A stretch of 64,000 nt of DNA from Alphaproteobacteria bacterium (lineage in GTDB: Bacteria > Pseudomonadota > Alphaproteobacteria > UBA8366 > G965603855). The translations under genes and the position numbers were made by a program. The stretch lies in assembly GCA_965603855.1 (NCBI GenBank), contig OZ272519.1:3154118-3218117 (forward strand). The letters run 5' to 3'. Positions 29,111 to 38,295 of this stretch are shown here, one piece after another (the stretch's first letter is position 1; each line of letters opens with the position of its first letter). Under the pieces are notes generated by a model, which worked only from the letters and a program-made list of their open reading frames with translations, made no database searches and was not told the origin of the DNA.

Positions 29111-29542
29111 ATGTTGATCCTACGTTACCTGGTTCTGTTTGCCATTGCCGCGTTGGGCGTCACGCTGCTCGTCGACGGCCTCGTCAACTCCTCCTATCGG
29201 CTGCAGGGCTGGATCGGGATCGCGCTGTTCGCCCTGTCGCTGGCCGCAGCCGTCTTCGTGATTGCCGCCGTTCGGACCGGGCGGCTACCGCTGCGCGCCT
29301 GGTTCGTGCTGCCGCCGCTCCTTGGCGGCGGGGCGGCCGCAGCGGCCCACAACAACGCGATCCCGGCGCTGGTGAATCTCGGCCCGGGTCTGATCGGCCT
29401 CGGAACCGCGCTGGCCGCCTATGCGGGCCTCCAGATCTGGGCCGACCGCTGGGGCGGGCGCGACTGGTGGGGCCTGGCTGTTGTTGCGCTGGTGATCGTC
29501 ACCGGCAGTGTGATCGGCCGGATTGTCTGGTTCTTGCGCTGA
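29111..29542 (+). CDS. Hypothetical membrane protein (4 TM)
   Basis: Hydrophobic throughout, no recognisable motif, and a plausible start. Confidence 0.4.
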   Translation: MLILRYLVLFAIAALGVTLLVDGLVNSSYRLQGWIGIALFALSLAAAVFVIAAVRTGRLPLRAWFVLPPLLGGGAAAAAHNNAIPALVNLGPGLIGLGTALAAYAGLQIWADRWGGRDWWGLAVVALVIVTGSVIGRIVWFLR

Positions 29543-29543
29543 A

Positions 29544-29711
29544 ATGAACAAGGTCCGCCTCAAGACCTGGGACGAAGCGCGCGCCGAACTGCGCCGCGTG
29601 GCCGGCGAGGAAGTTTGCGCCGAATTCGACCGCGCCCTGGCCGACGGCCGCAAGGTCAGCGCCATCAAGATCCTGCGCACCCACGGCATCGGCATCCAGA
29701 CCGAACCGTGA
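29544..29711 (+). CDS. Small hypothetical protein (55 aa)
   Basis: An ATG 1 nt after the upstream stop gives MNKVRLKTWDEARAELRRV.... No recognisable family. Confidence 0.2.
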   Translation: MNKVRLKTWDEARAELRRVAGEEVCAEFDRALADGRKVSAIKILRTHGIGIQTEP

Positions 29712-29831
29712 AGACCCGCTCGGCGTCGGAGGCCATGAATGCCCGATTTTTCAAAGTGCGCGTCAACAGTGATTTGATTGGGCCTTTCGCACGTAGAATC
29801 CCGAGATTGCGAAAACACGCGTGAAAATCGA

Positions 29832-31361
29832 ATGCAGGTCAGAAACCTGATCCTCGTGCTGGGCGACCAGCTCTCGCCCGGCTTGTCGTCCCTGAAGGCG
29901 GCCGACCCGGCCCGCGACCTTGTGCTGATGGTCGAGGTCGCCGAAGAGGCGACCTATGTGCGCCACCACAAGAAGAAGATCGCCTTCCTGTTCTCGGCCA
30001 TGCGCCATTTCGCCGAAGCGCTTCGCGCGGCGGGCTGGACCGTCGACTACGTGGCCCTCGATGCGCCGGACAACGCCGGCAGCTTCACCGGCGAGATCGA
30101 ACGCGCGATCGCACGCCACGCGCCGGAACGGATCCTGGCAACCGAACCCGGCGAGTGGCGGGTGCGCGAGGCGATGGACGGGTGGCAGGGGCATTTTGAG
30201 ATTCCGGTGGAGATCCTGGAGGACGACCGGTTCATATGTTCGCGCGGCGCGTTCGCCGACTGGGCCGAGGGGCGCAAGCAGCTCCGCATGGAGTATTTCT
30301 ATCGCGACATGCGCCGCAAGACCGGCCTGTTGATGGACGGCGACGACCCGGAGGGCGGCAAGTGGAACTACGACGCGGAAAACCGCAAGCCGGCAACGGC
30401 GGACCTGTTCATGCCCCAGCCGCCGCGCTTCGACCCGGACGCGACCACCCAAGAGGTGCTCGCGCTGGTCGAGGCACGGTTCGCCGATCACTTCGGCGAT
30501 CTGACGCCCTTCTGGTTCGCGGTGACCGCCGAAGAGGCCGAGGCGGCGCTCGATCATTTTATCGAACGCGCCCTGCCGTCCTTCGGCGACTACCAGGACG
30601 CCATGCTGGCCGACCAGCGTTTCCTCTATCACGCGGTGATCGGGCTCTATCTGAACGCCGGCCTGCTCGATCCCCTGGCCGTCTGCCGCCGGGCGGAGGA
30701 GGCCTACCGCGCCGGAGCGGCGCCGCTCAACGCTGTCGAGGGGTTCATCCGCCAGATCGTCGGCTGGCGTGAATACATCCGCGGCATCTATTGGCTGGAG
30801 ATGCCGGATTACGGCACGCGGAATTTCCTAGCCGCCGACCGCCCCCTGCCCGCCTTCTACTGGACCGGCGAGACCGACATGGCGTGTCTCAGGGCCGCGA
30901 TCACGCAGACCAAGGAAGAGGCCTACGCCCACCACATTCAGCGCCTGATGGTCACCGGCAACTTCGCGATGCTGGCGGGCGTCGACCCGGCGGAAGTTCA
31001 CGAATGGTATCTCGCAGTCTACGCCGACGCCTACGAGTGGGTGGAAATGCCGAACGTCCTCGGCATGAGCCAGTTCGCCGACGGCGGGCTGCTGGCCTCC
31101 AAGCCCTATGCCGCCAGCGGCAACTACATCAACAAGATGTCCGACTATTGCCGCGGCTGCCGTTTCGACGTGAAACAGAAGACCGGCGCCGACGCCTGCC
31201 CCTTCAACCCGCTCTACTGGGATTTCCTGGTGCGCAATGCCGACAAGCTGCGCGGCAATCCGCGCCTGGGCCAGGTTTTCCGGACGTGGGACCGCATGGC
31301 GCCCGAGAAACAGGCGGAATACAGGGACAGCGCCGCAAAGGTCCTGGCACGCCTGGACTAA
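29832..31361 (+). CDS. Cryptochrome/photolyase family protein, FeS-BCP (CryB/PhrB, prokaryotic 6-4 photolyase) type
   Basis: The start MQVRNLILVLGDQLS is typical of the CryPro/FeS-BCP N-terminus. The C-terminal segment carries four Cys (CRGCRFDVKQKTGADACPFNPLYWDF) characteristic of the 4Fe-4S cluster of this subfamily. Confidence 0.7.
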   Translation: MQVRNLILVLGDQLSPGLSSLKAADPARDLVLMVEVAEEATYVRHHKKKIAFLFSAMRHFAEALRAAGWTVDYVALDAPDNAGSFTGEIERAIARHAPERILATEPGEWRVREAMDGWQGHFEIPVEILEDDRFICSRGAFADWAEGRKQLRMEYFYRDMRRKTGLLMDGDDPEGGKWNYDAENRKPATADLFMPQPPRFDPDATTQEVLALVEARFADHFGDLTPFWFAVTAEEAEAALDHFIERALPSFGDYQDAMLADQRFLYHAVIGLYLNAGLLDPLAVCRRAEEAYRAGAAPLNAVEGFIRQIVGWREYIRGIYWLEMPDYGTRNFLAADRPLPAFYWTGETDMACLRAAITQTKEEAYAHHIQRLMVTGNFAMLAGVDPAEVHEWYLAVYADAYEWVEMPNVLGMSQFADGGLLASKPYAASGNYINKMSDYCRGCRFDVKQKTGADACPFNPLYWDFLVRNADKLRGNPRLGQVFRTWDRMAPEKQAEYRDSAAKVLARLD

Positions 31362-31427
31362 GGCACACCGGCGAAAGCGACGGGGCCGGACCCGGCAGGC
31401 ATCGCGCCTGCGGGATCCGGCCCCGTT

Positions 31428-32573
31428 TCAGGCCGGCGTCTTGTCGCGCGGAGCGATCCGGACAAGGCCATCCAGGACCCCGTCCATCCCGTTCCCGACG
31501 ACCACGTTTCCGACCTTGCCGGCGACCTTCTCCAGCGCCTCCAGCTCCTTCAGCCTCAACAGGACAGGGTTGTCCTCCATCAGCCTGGCCGTGTTCAGAA
31601 GGGCCCGCGTGGCCGCGGTCTCTTCCCGGCGCCGGATCACGTTCGCCTGCGCGGTCTTCTCGGCATCGATGACCCGGTTCATCAGCTCTCGCACATCCCC
31701 CGGAAGGATGATGTCCTTGACGCCGACGGCCCGCGGCTCAAGTCCGACGGCTTCAAGTTCGGGTTTCAACCGTTCGGCCAGGGCCGCGTTGATTCCCTGC
31801 TTGTCGCCCAAGACCTGTTCCAGGGTCCGGGTCCCGATCACTTCCCGCAAGGCGAACTGGATCGCCTTGTAGACGAAGTCCTTCGGGTCGGCCGTCTCCG
31901 CAACCGCTTTTTCCGGATCGACGATCCGGAACAGCGCGGTGACGTTCGTCCTGATGCCGATCCTGTCGCGGGTCAGGACTTCCTGGCCCGTGACCTCCAA
32001 CGTTTGCAGCCTCAGGTCGACGATGTTCACATCGATCCTGCGCACCGCCCGGATGAAGGCGTACCGCCCGGGCGGCAACTGCCGCTGAAAGACCAGGTCG
32101 ACGAACAGCAACCCGACCTGCTCGGCCGGAACGGTGACCGTCTCGACCACCAGGCCCTTCGCAAAAGCCAGCCTGGTGACCGCCGCCGTCAGCTCTTCCG
32201 GAACTTCGAAGGCGGCTACGGCGTCGACGATCTCCACCCGGATCTCCCGCAGGGCGCGCGCGTAGAACGCCCGCTGGCCCGGCCCGACAAGGTCGACCAG
32301 CTTGCCGTCGGCGAACACGAAGGCGACGTCCCGGTCGCCGGTGTCCGCCGTGACGAAGTACTTGTCGACAACGTCGGGGTGCGTCAGCGCCAGGTCCTCC
32401 AGAACCGGATTCCGGATCGGCAGTTCGGTCAGGTCGATCCGCTTGACCGTCACCTTCAGCCCCAGACCCCGGACGTGCGTGCGCGTCCCCGGCGCAACGA
32501 CCTTGCGAAACACTCTCTCGCGGAACACAAGCCCAAGCTCCGTTTCCGCAATCGCTTTTCCAAACATACTCAT
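31428..32573 (-). CDS. SPFH/band-7 (slipin-like) domain protein
   Basis: The C-terminal region ...DIILPGDVRELMNRVIDAEKTAQANVIRRREETAATRALLNTARLMEDNPVLLRLKELEAL is the stomatin/HflK-type SPFH signature. No NfeD partner is adjacent. The start was set at MSMFGK, which has a GGAG Shine-Dalgarno sequence. Confidence 0.65.
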   Translation of the reverse strand: MSMFGKAIAETELGLVFRERVFRKVVAPGTRTHVRGLGLKVTVKRIDLTELPIRNPVLEDLALTHPDVVDKYFVTADTGDRDVAFVFADGKLVDLVGPGQRAFYARALREIRVEIVDAVAAFEVPEELTAAVTRLAFAKGLVVETVTVPAEQVGLLFVDLVFQRQLPPGRYAFIRAVRRIDVNIVDLRLQTLEVTGQEVLTRDRIGIRTNVTALFRIVDPEKAVAETADPKDFVYKAIQFALREVIGTRTLEQVLGDKQGINAALAERLKPELEAVGLEPRAVGVKDIILPGDVRELMNRVIDAEKTAQANVIRRREETAATRALLNTARLMEDNPVLLRLKELEALEKVAGKVGNVVVGNGMDGVLDGLVRIAPRDKTPA

Positions 32574-33183
32574 CGGTCTTACTCCAGTTTCAAGTTGCAC
32601 TCATGCGGAACGGAAAAGTTCCAAACTCAATCACTTTCGGTACGCGGAAGGGGGCCGGCAGCAGGACGCGGGCCGCATGGGCCGCCGCCCGTCGCCCGTG
32701 GCCGACGGCAGGGGGTTCCGACACGCCGCGGTGCAAAACCGCGGCGGACCGGCATGCCCTGCAGTGGGCTTCAGGGTCCGGGGCGCGCGGGACCGTGCGG
32801 CACGAGACGCCGCACTGCCTGCCGCCACGTCCGGCGGATCGACACGATCCTTCGGAACGGGGCGGCAGGCCCCCTTCCGGCACCACAATTCACGCATAAG
32901 CCCTTCCGGGCGCCAGATTCACAGTCTGGTGGGGTTACCGATATTTGGCACTTCCCAGGGGTTTCCCGATCTCGATGGGAACCGATCTCATTTGGGCGTG
33001 ACAAGCCCGTGGTCCACGTCAGGCACACGCAAGGCGCATTACGGGCGCCAAGCGCGCCGCCCGGGCGTTTGAACCCGGAACACGTGGACGCTTGTGGTTC
33101 GAATAGAACCTAACGAATAAGGCCTGGGCACGTGATGTGAGGTGCCGGCGTTTCGCCTATGTTCTGAAATGGTAATTCATGTG

Positions 33184-33219
33184 GTCCTGCCCTTTCTTGC
33201 AAGCGTGCGAGGGCAGGAC
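33184..33219. other. Perfect 10-bp inverted repeat (GTCCTGCCCT...AGGGCAGGAC, 16-nt loop) inside an 880-bp ORF-free gap
   Basis: Seen directly in the sequence. It is not followed by a T-run on either strand, so it is not a canonical intrinsic terminator. Confidence 0.4.
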
Positions 33220-33484
33220 GCGCGGAAAGGCCGCGTCAGGCCCTGGGTCGGCCTCGCAGATCTTGGTTCATGCCTCGTATGCGATGTCGCATCGTTGCTC
33301 TTTCCGTTCGTTCAGACGCCCGCACCAACGCGGAGCGGCCGTTGTCCTACGCCCGGTAAGAACGGGCCACAAGCGAAAATCGGCGCGTGCAGGCGAATTC
33401 GAAACAATAAGACCCCGTGCGGCGGAAACGAGACAGAATGCTCCATCCGCTCCCGCACCGCGCACGCGCCCCGGCGAACCCGCG

Positions 33485-34705
33485 CTAGAAGCCCGTTGTC
33501 GCCGACAGGATCGACGGGATCCGCGCCTTCAGGCCGAAGAACCCCTTCGTTGCGTGCGGCCAGGCAACCGTGTCGAAGCGCCGCCGCAGCCGGACCAGGC
33601 GGATGCCCGCGCCGTCGAGGGCGCGCTCCACCGCTTGCAGCCGCTCGGCGACCGGCCCGACCGGGGCGTATGCGGTCGCGACGGTGCTGAGTTCTTTTTC
33701 CTGCGCCCACGCGGCAACGACCGCGGCCCAGTCCTCGGTTTCGTCTTCGCGCCGCGTTTCCACGCAGAACCGCTCGCCGGCCCGGCTTAGGGCGTCCGCC
33801 ACCGCGCCCGCCGCGAACGCGCGTGCCGCCTCGCCCACTTGGGCGGGCGACCGGGCCGTGGTTGCGGTAAGGCCGATGATCGCGGACGGCGGCCGCGCCA
33901 GGTCCAGCGCTTCGGGCAGGCCGTCTTCCTCGCTGACCAGCAGGCCGAACGGCTGATCCGGCCGCAGCGTGTCGGATGGCGGCAGCGCGACCGGGCCGCC
34001 GATGTCCGCCTCGTCGAGCGCGGGCGCCGCCGCGGCGAGCTGTCCCTCGGGGTCGAACCGGCCGTTGGTATAGCGGGCGATGTTCGAGGCCCGGGCGAGA
34101 TAGGTCTTGCCCTTGGTGTGAAGTCCGGCGACCCAGCGCCAGCCCAGCGTGTTCGATGCGGGGTCGCCGTCCAGAAGATGGCGCAGGAAGAAGTCGGCGC
34201 CCAGCTGCCACGGCAGGTCCAGCGTGAAGATCCAGATGCTGGCGAACCACATACGCGCGTGATTGTGGAGATAGCCGGTCTCGACCAGTTCCGCCGCCCA
34301 GGCATCGAAGCAGTCGATGCCCGTGCGCCCCTCGACCGCGTCGCCATAGCGGCGTTCCAGCGGCGCGTCCCCGTCCAGCCGTTCCAGCAATTGGGCGACG
34401 TCGGCCCGATAGCGGGTCCAGACCTGCGGACGCTGTTCCAGCCAACCCTTGAAATAGGTGCGCCAGAAGACTTCCTGGATGAACTTCTCTGCCGCCGAGA
34501 ACGGATGCTGCGCAAGCACCGCCTCGACGATCTCCGTTTCCAGAACCAGCCGGTGGCGCACATAGGGCGACAGCGCGGAGACGTTCGACCGGTCATGCGG
34601 TCCGAGATCGAAATTGCGCCGCGCCGCATAGGCGCGGCCCGCCGCCGGCACGAAATCCCGCAGCCGCTGCTGCGCCGCGCGCCGTGTCGCTTGCCAATCG
34701 GTCAT
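33485..34705 (-). CDS. FAD-binding domain-containing photolyase homologue lacking the N-terminal alpha/beta domain and carrying a C-terminal extension of unknown function
   Basis: Residues about 40-210 match the photolyase FAD-binding domain (GYLHNHARMWFASIW...DGDPASNTLGWRWVAG). No DNA-photolyase N-terminal domain is present, and about 190 C-terminal residues have no obvious family. The ATG overlaps the DUF2256 stop (ATGA). Confidence 0.65.
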   Translation of the reverse strand: MTDWQATRRAAQQRLRDFVPAAGRAYAARRNFDLGPHDRSNVSALSPYVRHRLVLETEIVEAVLAQHPFSAAEKFIQEVFWRTYFKGWLEQRPQVWTRYRADVAQLLERLDGDAPLERRYGDAVEGRTGIDCFDAWAAELVETGYLHNHARMWFASIWIFTLDLPWQLGADFFLRHLLDGDPASNTLGWRWVAGLHTKGKTYLARASNIARYTNGRFDPEGQLAAAAPALDEADIGGPVALPPSDTLRPDQPFGLLVSEEDGLPEALDLARPPSAIIGLTATTARSPAQVGEAARAFAAGAVADALSRAGERFCVETRREDETEDWAAVVAAWAQEKELSTVATAYAPVGPVAERLQAVERALDGAGIRLVRLRRRFDTVAWPHATKGFFGLKARIPSILSATTGF

Positions 34706-34860
34706 GCCTTCTCCGTCCTTGGTTTGCCGGCGCGCTTACAGCGTTCCGAGCAGTACTTCACGGCGTCCCAGTCGCGCGCCCATTTCTTGCGCCAGACCAT
34801 CGGCCGGCCACAGCGCACGCAGGTCTTGGCCGGCAGGTCGGCCTTTTTGCGTCGCCGCAC
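34702..34860 (-). CDS. DUF2256 domain-containing small zinc-ribbon protein
   Basis: ...KTCVRCGRPMVWRKKWARDWDAVKYCSERCKR is the DUF2256 signature. No ATG is present, so a GTG start is proposed at 34860; the alternative GTG at 34869 overlaps the photolyase stop. Confidence 0.55.
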   Translation of the reverse strand: MRRRKKADLPAKTCVRCGRPMVWRKKWARDWDAVKYCSERCKRAGKPRTEKA

Positions 34861-34862
34861 CG

Positions 34863-36434
34863 TCAGCACTGCCCGTCCAATGCCAGCGGCAGTTGCCCAC
34901 CCGCCGGCTTGGCCGATTTGCGCCGCCCGGACATGGGCATGCCGCTCTTGCGGCCGCCGTGTTTCTTCTGGATCGCCGCGGCATCGGCACGAAACGCCGC
35001 GCCGCGCCGGACCGCCCAGATCTTCTGCCGCGCGGCCTTCGCCGCGGCCAGGTGATCGACCACCGGGAACGGATACCGGGACCCCAACAGGCCGGCCGCA
35101 CCGTCCCATTTCCACGGCTCCTGCACGAACCGGTCGGGAACCGCGGCAAGCTCCGGCACCCAGCGGCGGACGAAGCTCCCGTCCGGGTCCTGGTCGTGGC
35201 CCTGTTTCACGGGATTGTAGATCCTGACCGTATTGATGCCCGTCGTGCCCGACTGCATCTGCACCTGCGGCCAATGGATACCCGGTTCGTAATCCGTGAA
35301 CAGGCGCGCCAGGTGTTCGCCGGGCTGGCGCCAGTCCAGCCACAGGTGATAGCTGGCGACCGCCATCAGCATCGCCCGCATCCGGAAGTTCATCCACCCG
35401 GTGGCCGACAGCGACCGCATGCAGGCGTCGACGAACGGCAGTCCGGTCTCGCCCCGGCTCCAGGCGTCGAGGCGTGCCCGGTCGGTTTCCCCGCCCCGCA
35501 CGCCATCATAGGCGCGGTGCAGGTTCTCGAATTCCAGGCGCGGCTCGTCCTCCAGCTTCTGCATGAAGTGGCAGTGCCAGTGCAGCCGGCCGGAGAACGA
35601 CACCAGGGAACCGCGCCAGCCGCCCGTCGATCCTTTCGGCTGCGCTTTCAGGGCGCGTTGCCGGGCCCATGTCGCCTGCGCCACTTCGCGCATCGCCACG
35701 CACCCCCAGGCAAAATACGGCGACAGCCGGGAACAGTGCGCAAAGCCGGTTTCCGGCCCGGACATGGCCGCGCGATAGGGCTCGCCCCGGACGCTGAGGA
35801 AGCTCTCCAGGCGTTCGATCCCGGCGGCGCGGCCGCCGGCCTGGCGCTGTGGGCAGGGATCGGGCCGCAGGCCCAGGTCGCGGGCGGACGGAACGGCGCC
35901 GGGTTCGATCCCGTCCAGCGGCGCCAGGGCCGTCGGCGACGGTGTGGCCGCTTCGGCCATGAACCGGTCCCAGCGTCGCGCCCAGCCGTCGCGCGTGGCA
36001 AGGCCGCGGATAACGCCCGTCTGACGTTCCTGGTGCCAGGGGATGCCGTGCTGACGGCACCACGCCGCAACCGCACGGTCGCGCCGGTAGGTCCAGGCGT
36101 TGCCGGTTTCCTCGTGCGACCACAGCGCGGCGATGCCATGCCGGCGCCGGATCTCCTCCAGAACCGCGGGAATGGAACCGGTGCGCACCGCAAGGGGCTG
36201 GCCCAGGGCGGCCAGCGCCTGGCGCAGGTCGGTGAGGCTCTCTTCGACAAAGTCCCACTGCCGCGCGGACATGTCCGGTTCGCGCCACAGCGCCGGCTCG
36301 ACGACGAACAGCGGCAGCACCGGCCCCGCCGCCGCGGCCTTCGCCAACGCCCGGTGATCTGCGGTCCTGAGGTCGCGTTTGAACCACACCACGTTGAGCC
36401 GCGGCGTCGGCTTGCTGTGTCGGCCGTCGGTCAC
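34863..36434 (-). CDS. Deoxyribodipyrimidine photolyase / cryptochrome-DASH-like protein
   Basis: The N-terminal photolyase alpha/beta domain (VVWFKRDLRTADHRAL) and the FAD-binding domain (GLPFVDACMRSL...GWMNFRMRAM...INTVRIYNPVKQGHDQDPDGSFVRRWVPEL) are present. A C-terminal basic tail is also present. Confidence 0.75.
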   Translation of the reverse strand: MTDGRHSKPTPRLNVVWFKRDLRTADHRALAKAAAAGPVLPLFVVEPALWREPDMSARQWDFVEESLTDLRQALAALGQPLAVRTGSIPAVLEEIRRRHGIAALWSHEETGNAWTYRRDRAVAAWCRQHGIPWHQERQTGVIRGLATRDGWARRWDRFMAEAATPSPTALAPLDGIEPGAVPSARDLGLRPDPCPQRQAGGRAAGIERLESFLSVRGEPYRAAMSGPETGFAHCSRLSPYFAWGCVAMREVAQATWARQRALKAQPKGSTGGWRGSLVSFSGRLHWHCHFMQKLEDEPRLEFENLHRAYDGVRGGETDRARLDAWSRGETGLPFVDACMRSLSATGWMNFRMRAMLMAVASYHLWLDWRQPGEHLARLFTDYEPGIHWPQVQMQSGTTGINTVRIYNPVKQGHDQDPDGSFVRRWVPELAAVPDRFVQEPWKWDGAAGLLGSRYPFPVVDHLAAAKAARQKIWAVRRGAAFRADAAAIQKKHGGRKSGMPMSGRRKSAKPAGGQLPLALDGQC

Positions 36435-36445
36435 GTTGCGGGGCC

Positions 36446-36919
36446 CTAGTCGGCGCCCTTGCCCCGCTCGCGCATCTCCCGGCGGCGCATGGGCATGGCG
36501 TCGATCGTCGAGAACAGCGTCTCGGCGGAAATCGCGCCTTCCCGGCGCAGCTTGACGCCGCCGTCCTTGCCGACGAGAAGCGCCACGGCGGTCCGGGCGC
36601 CGACGCCATAACGCGCGCGCAACGCCTTGGCCGACAGGTCCGGTGCCGGGCGGCCGTCGACCGCGACCCGCGGCCCCGCGACTTCGATCAGGACCATATC
36701 GCGTTCACCCAGCCCGCGGCCGTGCTGTCCCAGCGCACGGCGCTGGGCATCGAACAGCGGGTGTCCGGCCTCCGGCGCAATCACCACCAGCGGCCGGTTG
36801 CTCCACAGATAGGCGTCCATCGAGGACGGGCCCGCCGGATCGCCGGCAGACGCCGTAACCGACAGACAGGCGGCCGCGACCGCTGCCGGCCAGGCCCAAG
36901 TGCGTAAGCGTGCGTTCAT
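36446..36919 (-). CDS. DUF4174 domain-containing secreted protein
   Basis: Signal peptide and the WSNRPLVVIAP motif of DUF4174, 12 nt upstream of the photolyase gene. Confidence 0.6.
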   Translation of the reverse strand: MNARLRTWAWPAAVAAACLSVTASAGDPAGPSSMDAYLWSNRPLVVIAPEAGHPLFDAQRRALGQHGRGLGERDMVLIEVAGPRVAVDGRPAPDLSAKALRARYGVGARTAVALLVGKDGGVKLRREGAISAETLFSTIDAMPMRRREMRERGKGAD

Positions 36920-36979
36920 ACCCGCTTATACGCTTCGCACCCGCGCGCAGGATCACGGGAGCGGCGCGCCGCCCGCCGG

Positions 36980-38161
36980 CTATTCGGTCTTGCCGTTCAG
37001 TCCGTCCAGCTCGGCTTTCATCTGCTTCAACTGCAGCACCGTTTCGCTGAAGGCCTTCTGGTCACGCTGCAAGAGGGCACGGGTCTTCACCGATTCCAGC
37101 ATCGCCGCGTGATGCGCCAGGATCTGATGCAAGGCGCCGCCGTTGCCCGAGGCGCCGGTGCAGAAGTCGGTCAGGACGGTCCGCTGGTTCCGCTTCTTGC
37201 TGGCCATCTCGGTGACGCAGGCGACGACCAGTGCGTCGGAGTTGATGTTCTCAAGGTACTTGCGCTGCATTTCGTGCATCACCTCGACCGCACGGTCGGA
37301 CGGTTTGTGCGAGATCGCGCCGGCCGCGGTTGCCGCGGCGGTCGCGGCGGTCTCCGCGGCGGTCTTCGCCGCCAGTTCGGCCTCGCGTTTCTTGTCCTCG
37401 CGCCGTGCCTTCGCGGTCTCAAGCGCGCGCTTGCGCTGGCTTTCTTCGGCGCTGCCCGGTTCGGCCTCGGACACGGCCTGCTCCTTCTGTGCGACGTCGC
37501 GTTCCGCTTTTTCCAGTTCCTCGGACTTGCGGGTGGCCTTGTCGTCAGCCGACTTGGCAAGCTCCAGCGCCGTCTTGACGTTGGCGTCGGCCGCGGCCTT
37601 GCTCTCGGCGTCGCCGCCCACCGCAGCCAGCGAACGGCCGAAATTGCCCGCCGCCAATTCGCCGATCAGCAGGCTGACCATGGCGTCGTCGTAGCGGCTC
37701 AACAGAACCGCGTAGGTGACCTCGCTGAAGGTGCCGTTGGCATAGGCCTCGCACGCCCTGAACAGGCCGTCGCGCAGCAACTGGATGGTGGCCAGCCTTT
37801 CGCCCAGCTGGGCCGCCGCTTCGGCGCGCGCCTTCGAGATCGATAGTGCCGCCGCGGCGGACACGCCCTGCGGCACCTCGACGCCAAGCGAGGCGCCCAT
37901 GCCGAAGGATTCCTGGACCGCCTTGGCGATGTCGGGGCTGGGCTCGGTGCAGACCACCCGGCGCGGTTTGACGCGGCCCTTCTCCGCATCGAAGGTGACC
38001 GGTTTCGAGATCGTCATGCGCACGTCCGCGGTGGTCACCAGAACGTCGCTGTCGCCCAGCACCTTTTGCTCGACCTGCGTCGAGCCCGTATCGCTGGTAC
38101 AGGCGGCAAGCGCGACGGCCGCGCATCCCGCCGCGGCCAGAACGTTGAGCGGCTTCTTCAT
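36980..38161 (-). CDS. Lipoprotein with central Glu/Lys/Ala-rich coiled-coil region
   Basis: A strong GGAGGA Shine-Dalgarno sequence precedes MKKPLNVLAAAGCAAVALAAC (lipobox). The middle of the protein is Ala/Glu/Lys-rich low-complexity coiled coil. It sits 60 bp upstream of the DUF4174 gene on the same strand. Confidence 0.5.
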   Translation of the reverse strand: MKKPLNVLAAAGCAAVALAACTSDTGSTQVEQKVLGDSDVLVTTADVRMTISKPVTFDAEKGRVKPRRVVCTEPSPDIAKAVQESFGMGASLGVEVPQGVSAAAALSISKARAEAAAQLGERLATIQLLRDGLFRACEAYANGTFSEVTYAVLLSRYDDAMVSLLIGELAAGNFGRSLAAVGGDAESKAAADANVKTALELAKSADDKATRKSEELEKAERDVAQKEQAVSEAEPGSAEESQRKRALETAKARREDKKREAELAAKTAAETAATAAATAAGAISHKPSDRAVEVMHEMQRKYLENINSDALVVACVTEMASKKRNQRTVLTDFCTGASGNGGALHQILAHHAAMLESVKTRALLQRDQKAFSETVLQLKQMKAELDGLNGKTE

Positions 38162-38281
38162 GCTTCCCTCCTCCTCGCCCTGTGGCGGGGACATGTCGCC
38201 GGCGGCCGCGATCTCGGACAGCCCGGCGCGGACCCCCTCGTCGGCCAGCCTCGACAATAGCGGTATCGAAGTGCGCAAAAT

Positions 38282-38295
38282 GTGATCCGGTTCAC
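38282..38295. promoter_or_regulatory. Palindrome GTGATCCGGTTCAC in the divergent promoter region between the lipoprotein/photolyase operon and the DUF2235 gene
   Basis: A 12 of 14 self-complementary site centred on CCGG, about 95 bp upstream of the DUF2235 start and about 120 bp upstream of the lipoprotein start. Confidence 0.25.

Noticed and set aside
29523-29711. A 62-aa ORF from ATG 29523, treated as a separate gene overlapping the membrane protein
   Set aside because: Its first 7 codons overlap the upstream gene in another frame. The downstream ATG at 29544 was preferred, and even that call has low confidence.
33087-33100. A GGTTCGAAT tRNA T-loop-like motif in the 880-bp gap, suggesting a tRNA or tmRNA fragment
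   Set aside because: Flanking bases do not form a T-stem, an acceptor stem or a CCA context (GTGGTTCGAATAGAACC). It is probably chance, so it is mentioned only inside the gap finding.
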